A DNA stretch of 64,000 nt, taken from positions 96,001-160,000 of IMG/VR virus record IMGVR_UViG_3300049893_001984; one strand, written 5' to 3'. The stretch comes from a virus. The translations under genes and the position numbers were made by a program. Every line of letters begins with the position of its first letter. Positions within the stretch are counted from its first letter, which is position 1. Positions 35,351 through 45,775 of this stretch are shown one piece after another. The notes under the pieces were generated by a model, which searched no databases, had not been told where the DNA came from, and worked only from the letters and a program-made list of their open reading frames with translations.

Positions 35351-36103
35351 TTATTCTCCTTCAAGTACGTTGAGGAGCTTTTCGGCTTTGTCACGGACGG
35401 TCCTGACTGTTGCGCGAAGATCTTTTACAACCAGCTTCAAGGTTTCGCGCTTAGCCTCATCGGGCATTTTGTTGACTTCACGCAAGGCTTCTACCACCTC
35501 GTCCAGCTTACGGGTAAGGCCGTCAGCCATAGAGGTTGTAGACCGGAAGACGACGGCAGGGGATATGCCCCCACGGTTGTCGACCTTGTGCCCACGCTTA
35601 ACAGCTTCAACTTTCGTCTTCTTATTCAACTGCTTTACTGTCTCCTGCATGTCTTGTCTTGAAATCTCACCATTGACAAGATTTGTCAGGAGTTCCTTTC
35701 GCTTGGTGTGATCCTGGATGGAAAGTGTGTAATTGAGATCTCGCCAGGAGACTTTCATCTCAATGTAAGGATCCAGGCTCTTCACATCTGGAAATGCCTT
35801 GTACAGACGGTGGAATGCTCGTACAGATTCCACGTCGTACCCAATGCTCTGCCCGAAGTACTCGGCTGTGCTCTTACCGTACTTGTCCGGACTATCCAAG
35901 AGTTCGGCCACAAACTCACCTTTCTCCCAGTGAGATGTGATAATGTCCTCGCGGATCTTCCTATCCTTCTTCGTGAAGTATTCAACCTTTTGGTTAAAAC
36001 GCTCAACCAGTTTCTTGTCCTTGATTTCAAGTTTCAAGGTGTGGTTGATTGTCTTAACAGGTGCTGCACTCTTGGCCTCAGCCAGTTGTGACGACATGGC
36101 CAT
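35351..36103 (-). CDS. YhcG N-terminal (DUF1016_N)-like helical DNA-binding protein
   Basis: HWEKGE, KYG, LYKAFP, VSWRDL, D...R..L pattern. Confidence 0.55.
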   Translation of the reverse strand: MAMSSQLAEAKSAAPVKTINHTLKLEIKDKKLVERFNQKVEYFTKKDRKIREDIITSHWEKGEFVAELLDSPDKYGKSTAEYFGQSIGYDVESVRAFHRLYKAFPDVKSLDPYIEMKVSWRDLNYTLSIQDHTKRKELLTNLVNGEISRQDMQETVKQLNKKTKVEAVKRGHKVDNRGGISPAVVFRSTTSMADGLTRKLDEVVEALREVNKMPDEAKRETLKLVVKDLRATVRTVRDKAEKLLNVLEGE

Positions 36104-36542
36104 CTCCTAGTAAATCGTGTAAAAGCGGCGGTTTTATGGATGATTCGGATTCAGCTGCAGCGGTTCTAAACGACTTAGAAAGCGACTTCAGCATGATCCA
36201 TCTGTCGTAAAGGTTTAGGAGCCAGTGAGCCACCTCTAGCTGTTTCTCCGGAACCCCTACTAAATGCAGCTCAACTAGAGCTTTGTATTCTCTTTCGGAG
36301 AGCAGATCTTTTGGTACGTTTCGTATCTCGCGCAAGGCCATCTGACCGAGCACAACCCTCAGGTTTATTGCCAACCTGTGTGTTGGGTTGTATGTAGCGA
36401 GATTGAAGAAAACATTCGTAGTGCTCTTCGAAACTTTTAATTCATTAAGTTTGTTGAAAAGCTCTCCAAGCTGCCTTCTGTCGCCAGGCGCCGAAGCTTT
36501 TACCCTTTTTAGTGATGCTGGTTCTACGGGTTCCATATGCAA
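36078..36542 (-). CDS. Hypothetical protein, possible sigma-region-4/LuxR-like HTH
   Basis: LSEREYKALVELHLVG..E..VAHWL. Confidence 0.4.
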   Translation of the reverse strand: MHMEPVEPASLKRVKASAPGDRRQLGELFNKLNELKVSKSTTNVFFNLATYNPTHRLAINLRVVLGQMALREIRNVPKDLLSEREYKALVELHLVGVPEKQLEVAHWLLNLYDRWIMLKSLSKSFRTAAAESESSIKPPLLHDLLGDGHVVTTG

Positions 36543-36991
36543 GCCAACCCTTCCAAAAAGTCACTCCATGTTTGTAAGTAACACAAACCCATGTCATGAC
36601 TGCAAGCAAGCCTTACCTGGTCTTTTAGGTAGGGCATTGGCGTGAAATTGTGCAAAATCACAATGTTGGAAGGTCCAAGGGTGCACACAAGCCCCTTGTA
36701 CTCTTTTCCTCCTTCAAGCATCTCTTCAAAATATGCCCAGGCTTTTGTTGATTTTATGTTTAAAAGCGTCTTACCTGGATCGATCGAAACTCTTGCTGAA
36801 GCCAGGTATATTGGCATCCCACCGATCCTGCTTCTAAGCCAGTCAAAACCACGCTCAGAAGCTTGGCTGTCCTCGGTTGATATTTCGAACTTTTGAACAA
36901 ACGCTTTAACCGCCCGCACAGCTAGAGTGCAGTTGCCTTTTGCGTTCCTTTCTTCTGCGTTTAACTGCATGTTTTCTAGAAACCCGCCCAT
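36524..36991 (-). CDS. Hypothetical protein
   Basis: ORF in replication region. Confidence 0.55.
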   Translation of the reverse strand: MGGFLENMQLNAEERNAKGNCTLAVRAVKAFVQKFEISTEDSQASERGFDWLRSRIGGMPIYLASARVSIDPGKTLLNIKSTKAWAYFEEMLEGGKEYKGLVCTLGPSNIVILHNFTPMPYLKDQVRLACSHDMGLCYLQTWSDFLEGLACIWNP

Positions 36992-37003
36992 TTCATCCCC
37001 TTA

Positions 37004-37549
37004 TTAGTCAGCTCTTCTGACAAGAGCCATGAACTTGGCTATGTCTTTTAGAGTGGGTTTATCTTCTATGTTCATAAACAGAACAGAGGGGTGGATACTT
37101 AAAACTAGGGCAAGAGCTTTGACCTTTTCTTCGTCAGGAACGACATTATTACTCTCTATGTAAGAGATAACTGATTGAGGAGTCTTATGACCTATTCCTG
37201 ACATCAGTTTTGAAATCTGAAGCTGCGACATGTTTCTTGCCTTACGCCACAGCTTAATGTTATGTCCGAAGGAAAACGACAAGTCGCCTGAGTAGGTCGG
37301 TAATTTTACCTGCTCCGGCTTTTCTTCTCTTTGTACGTAATCTGCTGGGTTTTCACCGCCATTGAATTGGAGGTGACTGGGCTTTACCCAGTAAGGCTTG
37401 TGCTTGTTCCCGAAGAGGGTTGCCACACGCCCAAGGTTCTTCTTGTCGTGTGGTCTTACATCCTTGATAGCAAAGCCAACTTCTCCGCGCTTTGCTATCT
37501 TCATCCCCTTATCAGTCCTGATGCAACATCTAGCTGTTACGCTAGCCAT
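37004..37549 (-). CDS. XRE-family HTH transcriptional regulator with N-terminal extra domain
   Basis: FGHNIKLWRKARNMSQLQIS...ISYIES...P...VKALALVL. Confidence 0.8.
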   Translation of the reverse strand: MASVTARCCIRTDKGMKIAKRGEVGFAIKDVRPHDKKNLGRVATLFGNKHKPYWVKPSHLQFNGGENPADYVQREEKPEQVKLPTYSGDLSFSFGHNIKLWRKARNMSQLQISKLMSGIGHKTPQSVISYIESNNVVPDEEKVKALALVLSIHPSVLFMNIEDKPTLKDIAKFMALVRRAD

Positions 37550-37611
37550 GAAAGTTCCTCCGCCCGTAATCCATGTGTACGATACGGGCGGAGTGAACTA
37601 TGTCAAATGCA

Positions 37612-38880
37612 TTACAACTCTGCGTCTTCCGGCAAGGACTCAACCTTGCTGGCGTTCTCCAGTATGTTCAAGTCAACGTTATGTTTAGAACAAGCTGGCA
37701 TTTCTCCGTCGTAGATCTTGTGGCGGATGATTCCAAGCGCCTTCTGTAAATCTACGAACAGGTTACGGTCTTCTCTGATCATACGACCAAGGTCTCGACC
37801 ATGAGTACCACTGACCCCAAGCCGCTTACAGTCGTAGAAGTCAGACCCAACTGACCGGACAGCACAAATGTCCTTTAGCTGGTTACGCATGTTCTCGCCC
37901 AGGTAATCCGAAGAATTCTGGGCAAGGTCCAGGAATCTGGCCGTTGACTCGTCCCAATCCCACAAGGCGCCACTGGTGTCGGTTTCAGGGTCCTTGTAGC
38001 TGATAAAGTCAAAGTTGAACTTACGGTCAGAAACACCCCAGCTAGACTTCTGACAATGGAACTGCACGGAGTGGATCTCGTGGTCAAGTTTTCGGACCTC
38101 TCCGTTTATGTAGAACTGTGCTCGTTCCTTCTTGCCTACGTTAGCCAGGTAGTAATACAAGGAGGCGAAGAACTTCTGTGCGACACCCCCAGGTGTGTGC
38201 TTGACTGCAGGTCTCCCAGGCATGGCACTTGGCTTTTCCTTCAGATGGTTAATTACCACAAGTGTTTGCGGGTAACCAACCAACAGCGGTATGAACACCT
38301 TGAAGTACTTGTCCCAGCCCAAGGCTGCTATGGCAAACGCCTTATCTGCAAACCCATCCTTCATGACCTTCTCAACCTGGGTAGCAGCGTCGACGCCTGT
38401 TAGGGAGTCAATAATCATGCACAAGGGCGTATCGGTAGCCTTTATCTTATGCGTGTATCTTATGCAGTCTGTGAGAATACTCATAACCTGCTGTGCGTCT
38501 GTCGCAGGATCTATGAGCATCTTCTTGTTTTCGTAATGACCCCGAAGCATGGCCTTAACCATACTGTGCGAGATCTTTTCACCTTCTGTGTCAACCAGTC
38601 TGGAGAAGCCTCCGATGTCAGCAAACCATCTTGCTATCTCGAAGCCCATCCCTGACTTGTGTGAAGCAGGAAACCCAGCAAACCCAACCATCTTGGATAG
38701 TGGCAGCACGTTTGAGTCGGATACCCACATTAGGGCCAGACTCGGGAACTCAATCCCTACGACACGGCTTTCGCCTGTTTCTGCGAAGTACGATCCAGAG
38801 GTCTTCGCTCCTATCATCTTTGAAAGAAAGTTGGGTTCCTGTTCCTTGTCTTCTGTTGAAACTTTATTTCTCTTAGCCAT
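37612..38880 (-). CDS. RecA/UvsX-like recombinase
   Basis: Walker A-like GFPASHKS, IIDSL, VINHLK, TPGG.A.KFFAS, QKSSWG. Confidence 0.85.
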   Translation of the reverse strand: MAKRNKVSTEDKEQEPNFLSKMIGAKTSGSYFAETGESRVVGIEFPSLALMWVSDSNVLPLSKMVGFAGFPASHKSGMGFEIARWFADIGGFSRLVDTEGEKISHSMVKAMLRGHYENKKMLIDPATDAQQVMSILTDCIRYTHKIKATDTPLCMIIDSLTGVDAATQVEKVMKDGFADKAFAIAALGWDKYFKVFIPLLVGYPQTLVVINHLKEKPSAMPGRPAVKHTPGGVAQKFFASLYYYLANVGKKERAQFYINGEVRKLDHEIHSVQFHCQKSSWGVSDRKFNFDFISYKDPETDTSGALWDWDESTARFLDLAQNSSDYLGENMRNQLKDICAVRSVGSDFYDCKRLGVSGTHGRDLGRMIREDRNLFVDLQKALGIIRHKIYDGEMPACSKHNVDLNILENASKVESLPEDAEL

Positions 38881-38958
38881 GTACTACCTCGCCTACTACA
38901 AATTACAAAAAGGTCAGTGCCCTTTACACTGACCTGTCAAAGGTATGTTGGCTAAGAT

Positions 38959-40320
38959 TTACTTGCCGTTCACCATAGGCAGCATTGACTGTTGCATCGT
39001 GCGCTTCATTTCAGCAACACGGGCAAGGTGCTGAGCCCTTGTGTCTATGATCGGTGTTGGAACCTTGGGTTCCTCGGCGGGTTCGGCAGCAGGGGTTGAA
39101 GCCCGCTCGCTGCCTCCCTCAAAAGGGATTTCATTCTCCGGGATACCAAGGTACTCCTGTGAGCCCTGCGGGTTCGGCTTTACGTTGGGCTTTGCCTGGC
39201 TAAACGGATTGACAGGCGTTGCGGCATACGTAGGACGAGCCCCAACAAAGGGAGATGGCGCGACAGACACAGGGGTCTGCGCTGCCATCTTTGGCTTACC
39301 AACAGCGGGAGCGTACTGATGCTCGGGCTGTGGAGCGGCAGGCTGGACAGATTGTGGTACTGATATCTGCACAGACTGCTGGTAAGGCGTTCGCGGAGGC
39401 GGATAATTGACAGTTGTCTGTCCCATCCGCTCAAACGAACCATGAATTTCATTCGGAAGCATGCCGTAGAATTTGGTCTCACGAAGACCAATATCAACAG
39501 CTTCAACCGGATAGTGCTCAAGCAAGGTATTAACCTGCTGTTCTGCTGTCATGTAGTACAGCAGTTTTTCCCATGGGACGTATTCCGCAGCGACAAACGA
39601 AAGGTCGAGCGGCATGGGTTCGGGGTCCAAGGTGATTTCGTACCTCTGTACAGTTTTTCCAAGTACAGCCGGTATGTTTGTAACTATCAATGCCCGACCT
39701 TTTGTGGTGGAGCAAACATCGCTAGCAACGAACGACCCATTAGTGTCACGAGCGTTACAAATCGCTTCCATAGACTGACGGCCAGACTCGCTCAAGCAAA
39801 GCACCATGGGGTGCGAAGGCTCGGGCTGCTTCTGGTCATTGAGTACTGGAAGACCGCCGAGGGTTATCAGGGCACCCTGAACCATCATAGCCTGCGCAAC
39901 ACGCGGAAGCTTGAGGAAGGAAGGCCCACCTTTTGGCATCGTTGCGCGGTACTTCGGCCAGGATTCCCAATCCTCAGGGAACCGGCGCGGGGTGTCCTTG
40001 AGTGCCTTTGACAAGTTAAACGTAAACTTATCCAGAGGACCCCATTCACCAACTGGTGCACCTTTCATTGCCGTAAGGCAGGTCAGGCGACCATCACGAC
40101 CACCGTTGCGGATCATACGACGAGCGGTGACCCAACCGGAGAAGTCAAAGTCGCTGGGGCTGTTGCGCCAAGGAACTTCAACTCCGTCCTTTACTTCCGG
40201 ATAGGGCCTAAAAACAGTAACCCCTTTTGCATTTGGAAAGACCACTTTATGCGGATATTCGCCGTTCAGCATCAAAAAGTTGCCACCTGCACTCTTAGTC
40301 ACATCCTCTTTGTACGACAT
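38959..40320 (-). CDS. Putative ssDNA-binding / recombination protein
   Basis: Between polymerase and recombinase; globular N-domain plus P/A/Q-rich tail; start MSYKE behind GAGG; function inferred from position only. Confidence 0.4.
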   Translation of the reverse strand: MSYKEDVTKSAGGNFLMLNGEYPHKVVFPNAKGVTVFRPYPEVKDGVEVPWRNSPSDFDFSGWVTARRMIRNGGRDGRLTCLTAMKGAPVGEWGPLDKFTFNLSKALKDTPRRFPEDWESWPKYRATMPKGGPSFLKLPRVAQAMMVQGALITLGGLPVLNDQKQPEPSHPMVLCLSESGRQSMEAICNARDTNGSFVASDVCSTTKGRALIVTNIPAVLGKTVQRYEITLDPEPMPLDLSFVAAEYVPWEKLLYYMTAEQQVNTLLEHYPVEAVDIGLRETKFYGMLPNEIHGSFERMGQTTVNYPPPRTPYQQSVQISVPQSVQPAAPQPEHQYAPAVGKPKMAAQTPVSVAPSPFVGARPTYAATPVNPFSQAKPNVKPNPQGSQEYLGIPENEIPFEGGSERASTPAAEPAEEPKVPTPIIDTRAQHLARVAEMKRTMQQSMLPMVNGK

Positions 40321-40333
40321 GTTAACCTCTCTC

Positions 40334-43306
40334 TTAGCTCTTTTTCCTATTCTCAGCACTATATCTCTCAACGAAGCGCTCAGCCACACCAGCTGCGCGT
40401 AATTCCTCGCTGCTCGCGTGCGTTCCCCACCTTGTACTAACATCAACATCGATGTCGAGGGTGAAGCCGCATGGCGAGTACCAGACTCCCGGTATGTCCC
40501 ATTCCGGGCAGACGGTAAGCTTTTTCATGCACAATGGGAGGACCTCGTCCACCATTGTAGCTATATGTTCAGAAGGCACTTCCAGCAAAAGTGCGTCATG
40601 CACTGCCAGAAGTATCTTGAACTTCACCGGCTTTGAAACTTCATAGTCCCGTCTATGCAATCGCATGACGGCCATGTTCAGCATGTCAGCAACAGTTGAC
40701 TGTATCGGGAAATTCACAAACTCCCGTTCCTGTGCTGCCAGTTTTGTCCTGTCTGTGTCTGTCGTGGCCCTCCTTCTTCTGCCCATGGGGTTCTCGATGT
40801 ACCCCGGATTGTGAACCATATTCTTACTCATTTTCACGTATCCGTCAACTTCAGTATACGTGGAGTAGTAGTTGTTAATCAGGGCCTGGGCCTGGTCCTG
40901 GGAACAGTCAATCTTACCCTTCGTTTCCTTCTTGATCTGACGGGCAACAGCTTTGGCTCCACGCTGGTAAGGAATGCCAAAGTTTATGGTTTTCGTAGCA
41001 ACTCGCTCCGCCTTGTACGTTTGCAACCAGTCATCAGGCGGAGGAAGGAAGCTGTCAAAGCCATCCCATTTTGGACACCCAAAGTAATTAACTGCTCCTC
41101 GTGCATGCAGGTCAGCCGCTGCGTCTCGTATGAGGTCAGGGCAGTTAGCAAGGTATCCCAGTGTAAAGATTTCTGCTGATTTAAAATCAGCTTCAATAAT
41201 GACATTCCCAGGTCCAGCAATGAAACACGAGCGTATCGTTTCGAACGATTCGCCCATTATTCTCTGCAACTCCTTGTCCTGCTTTTTAGGCAAATTCTGC
41301 AGGTTGGGGTTGCTTGACTTCCAACGCCCTGTCTCGCTCATCTGTGAAATGCTTGTACGTATACGCCCGTCAGGGTCGATCAGCCCCACTAGGCCATCTA
41401 CGTACTGCTCTTCACCATATTCGTCTACCGTTTCAGCAGACCTCAAAAACGTCTTCGTAATCTGATCAATCAGCTTGAAATCACGAAGCTTACTGACAAT
41501 GGGGTTGGTTGACTGTACAGCCAACTGCTCCAATGTCTCTGAGTCTGTTGAAGGAGACACGCCCAACCTATTCTGCGCTGGCAGCCTTACTATATCCTCC
41601 CACATACGAGCGGGCTTCTCGGTTGTCTTGTAGGGGACGAGGTTCAGGTTTCCCTTCTCAACCGGACCGTAAAGGAACTCTCTGAGCTGTATTACTGAAC
41701 GGGGGTTAAACTGTTCGTCCCCGTGCATTTCACGTATTTCCTTTAGCAGCTCACGCTTCTTGCCTTCATATATATGGACGAGCTCGATCATCTTCTCGCG
41801 GTCAACGAGGATGCCTGTATTTTCGATCTCATGTATTGCTGCTGTTACCGGTAAAACAATGTCTGTGAAACAGCGCAGAGGTCCTTCGTTGCCCTCTGAT
41901 ATGAGCTCTTTAACCATAGACTCTGATATTCTGAATGTTGCGTCAACGTCGCAAGCAGAGTAAGGAAGCAGGAGCTCGTCGGGAACATCTAAGTAGCCCC
42001 TTTCAGACAACTGCTTCTCATTTACTTTGTTATCCTTAAGCCACTTAGCCGTAGGGTAATCGTACCTGCCCATGTCGGTATGACGCAGCGTACACATTTC
42101 CAAACCATGCTCGGCATTCTCGTTTAGGATGTGGTCCGCGAGCATGGTGTCAAACACCATGTGTTTTACGACTGGGACGCCTAGGTCTTCTAGCCACAAG
42201 GCATCAGCACGAAGATTGTGTCCAATAACCCCCATTCCATCGGCAGTTACAAGTCTTCTCAACTCATCGATCATAAGAGAACGAGCTTGCAACGATTGGA
42301 GATCAACGCCACCTGCGCCACGTAGGCACATTACACAAGCACTCATCGGTTTCCAGCTGAACTGGATATAACGAAGAAGGCCTGACTTAGGTCTGCCACC
42401 CCACTCACAGTCAATGGATATGCGCCTGTACCCGGCTTCTAGTATTTCATTAACTGTGCTTGTCATCTCTTCCGGCGTGCTTATGTACCTGTAGTCGCGC
42501 TCTTCTACGGGCGTGTAAGGTCTGCCGGTTAGAACAATATTCTTAAACTGCTTGAGGTCAGAGACTATGCCATGTTTGGCCCCTGCCTCAGAAAGAAGTA
42601 CGCTTGGGTGGTTAGTTGCAAACACCCGTATCACATCTTCATCGCCGTCAAAGACCTCGATCGGAGGTAAGGCAGTGCCAAGGCTCCTGACATTCTTAAG
42701 CCCAAAAACCTTGCCCCTAACCTTTTCCAAGGTTGTCTGTTGCTCAAACACTGCCTTAACTGCTTCTGACCCCAGACACAATATGCACTTAGGCTTCGTG
42801 AGTGCTATCTCCTGGGCCAGAAAGGGGTAACTGTCTTTCTTCCACTGTGACTTTATGGTCTTACCACCGTCAGGTGGTGGAAACCGTAACGTGTTAACAC
42901 AATAGAATGAAGATAGCATTTCATGTTCAAAGCCAGCCTCCTGCAGCAGCGTTGAAAATATGCTACCGACCTTGCCCGACATGGTCCTGCCAAAATCGGT
43001 GTCGTCCTTGTTGGGCGCCTTACCGATTATCATGACAGGATATTCTACTATGGGCCCCCTAGGTGTTCTGCCGTCAAGGCAGCTAGAGGGCACAAAGTTG
43101 GCGTTATGGGAAACGCCCGTGCGCATGTCAGTAACCGCGATGACTGTTGGCTCGTAAAGCAGCCGCCTGGCCATCTCGTTACTTGTTATCCCCCATCTAG
43201 CGGCCTGCTCATCTACGCAGTCCGTGAATGGGAACTGGTCAAGTATCTCCGCCAGTTGCTTATCACTTGGCAACGGCGGGAGATAGGGCTGACCTAACGC
43301 TCTCAT
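40334..43306 (-). CDS. polA: Family A DNA polymerase with N-terminal family-4 UDG-like domain and 3'-5' exonuclease
   Basis: UDG-like GKAP, NHPS; exo IDCEW, GHNLRAD, YSACD; pol TGRWKSSNPNLQNLP, ADFKSAE, R..TKTINFGIPY, VHDAL. Confidence 0.95.
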   Translation of the reverse strand: MRALGQPYLPPLPSDKQLAEILDQFPFTDCVDEQAARWGITSNEMARRLLYEPTVIAVTDMRTGVSHNANFVPSSCLDGRTPRGPIVEYPVMIIGKAPNKDDTDFGRTMSGKVGSIFSTLLQEAGFEHEMLSSFYCVNTLRFPPPDGGKTIKSQWKKDSYPFLAQEIALTKPKCILCLGSEAVKAVFEQQTTLEKVRGKVFGLKNVRSLGTALPPIEVFDGDEDVIRVFATNHPSVLLSEAGAKHGIVSDLKQFKNIVLTGRPYTPVEERDYRYISTPEEMTSTVNEILEAGYRRISIDCEWGGRPKSGLLRYIQFSWKPMSACVMCLRGAGGVDLQSLQARSLMIDELRRLVTADGMGVIGHNLRADALWLEDLGVPVVKHMVFDTMLADHILNENAEHGLEMCTLRHTDMGRYDYPTAKWLKDNKVNEKQLSERGYLDVPDELLLPYSACDVDATFRISESMVKELISEGNEGPLRCFTDIVLPVTAAIHEIENTGILVDREKMIELVHIYEGKKRELLKEIREMHGDEQFNPRSVIQLREFLYGPVEKGNLNLVPYKTTEKPARMWEDIVRLPAQNRLGVSPSTDSETLEQLAVQSTNPIVSKLRDFKLIDQITKTFLRSAETVDEYGEEQYVDGLVGLIDPDGRIRTSISQMSETGRWKSSNPNLQNLPKKQDKELQRIMGESFETIRSCFIAGPGNVIIEADFKSAEIFTLGYLANCPDLIRDAAADLHARGAVNYFGCPKWDGFDSFLPPPDDWLQTYKAERVATKTINFGIPYQRGAKAVARQIKKETKGKIDCSQDQAQALINNYYSTYTEVDGYVKMSKNMVHNPGYIENPMGRRRRATTDTDRTKLAAQEREFVNFPIQSTVADMLNMAVMRLHRRDYEVSKPVKFKILLAVHDALLLEVPSEHIATMVDEVLPLCMKKLTVCPEWDIPGVWYSPCGFTLDIDVDVSTRWGTHASSEELRAAGVAERFVERYSAENRKKS

Positions 43307-44309
43307 ATATTAACTCCCATAGTCCCTCTCTGGTCATGGTCGCTGGATCTTCGCCTTTTGGCAAAGTAACGCAGTTGACCAGGCCATTGAAAGACGATGC
43401 CCTTATGTTTGAGGCTATTTGTTGCATGTCCTTCTGGGCGTCATCGTCCAGTACGATGATTATTGTCTTTCCATTCCAGGCTTCGAGACAATGCCCTTGC
43501 TGCATGCATGACATTGACTTACCAAGTAGAGCCACTGCACAGGGGCCTACCCGAAAGGCGTCAAACACGCCTTCTACAACAACCCCAACAGGGTAAGTCT
43601 TTGCCCGATCACCGTTGAACAACATCCGGCCTTTTGGCAATCCAGGCATAGTAAAGTATTTAGGCGTTGACCCCTCAGTAATGGCTCTAGCCTGCCAACC
43701 TACCTGCTTGCCTTGCCAGAAGGCTGGTACGACTATTCGATTAGAAGCAAGCCCATGAGGCGGAGGTGCGCTTATACAAAACTGCACCTGCCATACGTTC
43801 CATAGCTCCTCAACTGAGAACTTGCGCGCCTCTATGTACTTAACTGCAGGATGTGATGCATCCAAGTCAACTATAGGAACACATGTGCCCGGAAGAGGTG
43901 CTTCGTTGAATGATTGATAAGTTTCGGGAGATTCAATAATAATGCTCTCACCAAGACGAACGCCTCCTGAGGCGTACATCCTCAACTCATCCTCAAACCT
44001 AGACAGCTCCTGGCAGTTTTCATTGAAACAATGGATAAGCCATTTACCAAATGGCTTACCCTGCTCGTCAACTGTGTTCCACCTATAGCTGATGTACAGC
44101 CTGTACCTTTTGTCCCCACAATACGGGCAGCATACTCTGTACTGCTCTCCGTGTTGTGCTATCTGCTGTTTAGTCTTTCGCTCTCGCCCTACGGCGAAAG
44201 GGTCGTCAACGTTAGCTACGGTTAGTGCCTGCCCTTGGTTGGCGACCTTCACTTTCCCATTAAACCTACGGCTTAATGCTGAAAACAACTGTTGATTAAG
44301 TACGGCCAT
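43263..44309 (-). CDS. DNA primase (DnaG-like: zinc finger + TOPRIM)
   Basis: CCPYCGD...HCFNENC, YIEARKF, GWQAR, KY, VEGVFDA, VLDDDA, GEDPA. Confidence 0.9.
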   Translation of the reverse strand: MAVLNQQLFSALSRRFNGKVKVANQGQALTVANVDDPFAVGRERKTKQQIAQHGEQYRVCCPYCGDKRYRLYISYRWNTVDEQGKPFGKWLIHCFNENCQELSRFEDELRMYASGGVRLGESIIIESPETYQSFNEAPLPGTCVPIVDLDASHPAVKYIEARKFSVEELWNVWQVQFCISAPPPHGLASNRIVVPAFWQGKQVGWQARAITEGSTPKYFTMPGLPKGRMLFNGDRAKTYPVGVVVEGVFDAFRVGPCAVALLGKSMSCMQQGHCLEAWNGKTIIIVLDDDAQKDMQQIASNIRASSFNGLVNCVTLPKGEDPATMTREGLWELIYESVRSALSPAVAK

Positions 44310-44317
44310 TGAACCCC

Positions 44318-45775
44318 CTACGTTTTAACTGGTTTGGGGAACGATTTAACACTATACCCAACCGGCTCGTCCTTGATGAGCGGAGATATAGATGAGCCTG
44401 GTATGGCATTAGGTCTATTCTTAGGCACAAGGTCACCAGTTCTCTTGTCCAGCGCGAGGTCCTCACTTGTGGCCTTGAATGTAGCTATAGCTCCATCAAG
44501 CTGAAGGACTTGCTTTACACCGCTTTCCATAGACCGGCCTTTGGTCATCATCACCTCGCAAGTCTTCTTCTCAGGATTGACAGTGGAGGCATGGAAAGTG
44601 CAATCAAAGTACCAGGCAAAAGACTTAAACTCTGCTGAGTCTCCTTGTGTCTTTGCCCCCTTCTTTCCAGCGGCTGCGGGCGTCAGCTGATGTGTGACAA
44701 GCCCCCAAGTGTTGGTCCGCATAGCCACGCCTTTAAGCTCGTAGCATAGCGCCTGGTAATACAGCCGATCTTCCTTGATGTTCTTGTACTTAGCCCTGAA
44801 TCTGCAGCGATTGGCCATGGGCAAGAACCAGTCAACAGCAAAGCCGCTGACTTTCTTTCCTTCCTTAGCAAGCTGCACAATAAGGCTTTCTATTTCGTCA
44901 GCTCCGCCGTCACCTACTTTGGTGGTCCCGGAGCAGTCGATGAAAATCAGTCGATCGCCGATGTCCGCAATGGCTTTCTTAAGCTTTGCTGCATCGGCTG
45001 GTTTTAGTGAATCCATGTCGCCAGCCTTCTCAATAGTGTTTCGAGTAAGGCCTGAGGCGCATGCATACACGGGTATCATGTACTCGTTGCTCGTGCTCTG
45101 TTCGTACGAGAAAACAACGAAGTACTTTTCAATCTTTGCTACGTTTATACCTATCTGGCAACACATGGTAGTCTTTCCACCGCCAGACGGTGCCACGTAA
45201 CCGTAGAGCTCACCTGGTCTAGTTCCGCCCCCTAGAAAATGGTCGAAGAACATTGTTCCAGTTGTCTCCCTTGGCTTAACGCCTAACATCAACGCCGATG
45301 AGTTAAAAGGCGTTACAAGTGATGTAGGCGCTTGTTTTATTGGTTCTGCTGCCTTCGCCAGCTCTATCAGGCGCTGAGCAGTCAAGTCTTGTGCCAACTG
45401 TGGCACAATCATTCGCTGGTAAAGGAAATCCTCCAACAACGAAATGCCGTACTCTGGGTTTAGGGACTCCGTAGGGTAATTTGAAAAACAGTTGTGCAAA
45501 AGCCTGTAGGTGTCTTCGATCTGGGCTTTTGTCAACGTAACACTGTTGTTGGTCCTGGCATCCAAATCAGTAATCAACAACGGAAGTTCTGGCATAGCCT
45601 TAAACTGGTCGTAGTAAGATTTTGTGCACAGCCATGCGAGAATAAATGGTATTTCTGCAGGGGAGTAGAAAGCTGTTATTGTCAGCTTATCAACAGCCTG
45701 CTTAAGGACGGCTGGGCACCTCATCAAGTGCACCATGAACGTTTCTAATTGTATTCGCGTGAACTGCTTCATCAC
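44318..45775 (-). CDS. Replicative SF4 (DnaB-like) helicase
   Basis: GGGTRPGELY..APSGGGKT, FSYEQ, AVDW, THQL, TKGR. Confidence 0.88.
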   Translation of the reverse strand: MMKQFTRIQLETFMVHLMRCPAVLKQAVDKLTITAFYSPAEIPFILAWLCTKSYYDQFKAMPELPLLITDLDARTNNSVTLTKAQIEDTYRLLHNCFSNYPTESLNPEYGISLLEDFLYQRMIVPQLAQDLTAQRLIELAKAAEPIKQAPTSLVTPFNSSALMLGVKPRETTGTMFFDHFLGGGTRPGELYGYVAPSGGGKTTMCCQIGINVAKIEKYFVVFSYEQSTSNEYMIPVYACASGLTRNTIEKAGDMDSLKPADAAKLKKAIADIGDRLIFIDCSGTTKVGDGGADEIESLIVQLAKEGKKVSGFAVDWFLPMANRCRFRAKYKNIKEDRLYYQALCYELKGVAMRTNTWGLVTHQLTPAAAGKKGAKTQGDSAEFKSFAWYFDCTFHASTVNPEKKTCEVMMTKGRSMESGVKQVLQLDGAIATFKATSEDLALDKRTGDLVPKNRPNAIPGSSISPLIKDEPVGYSVKSFPKPVKT

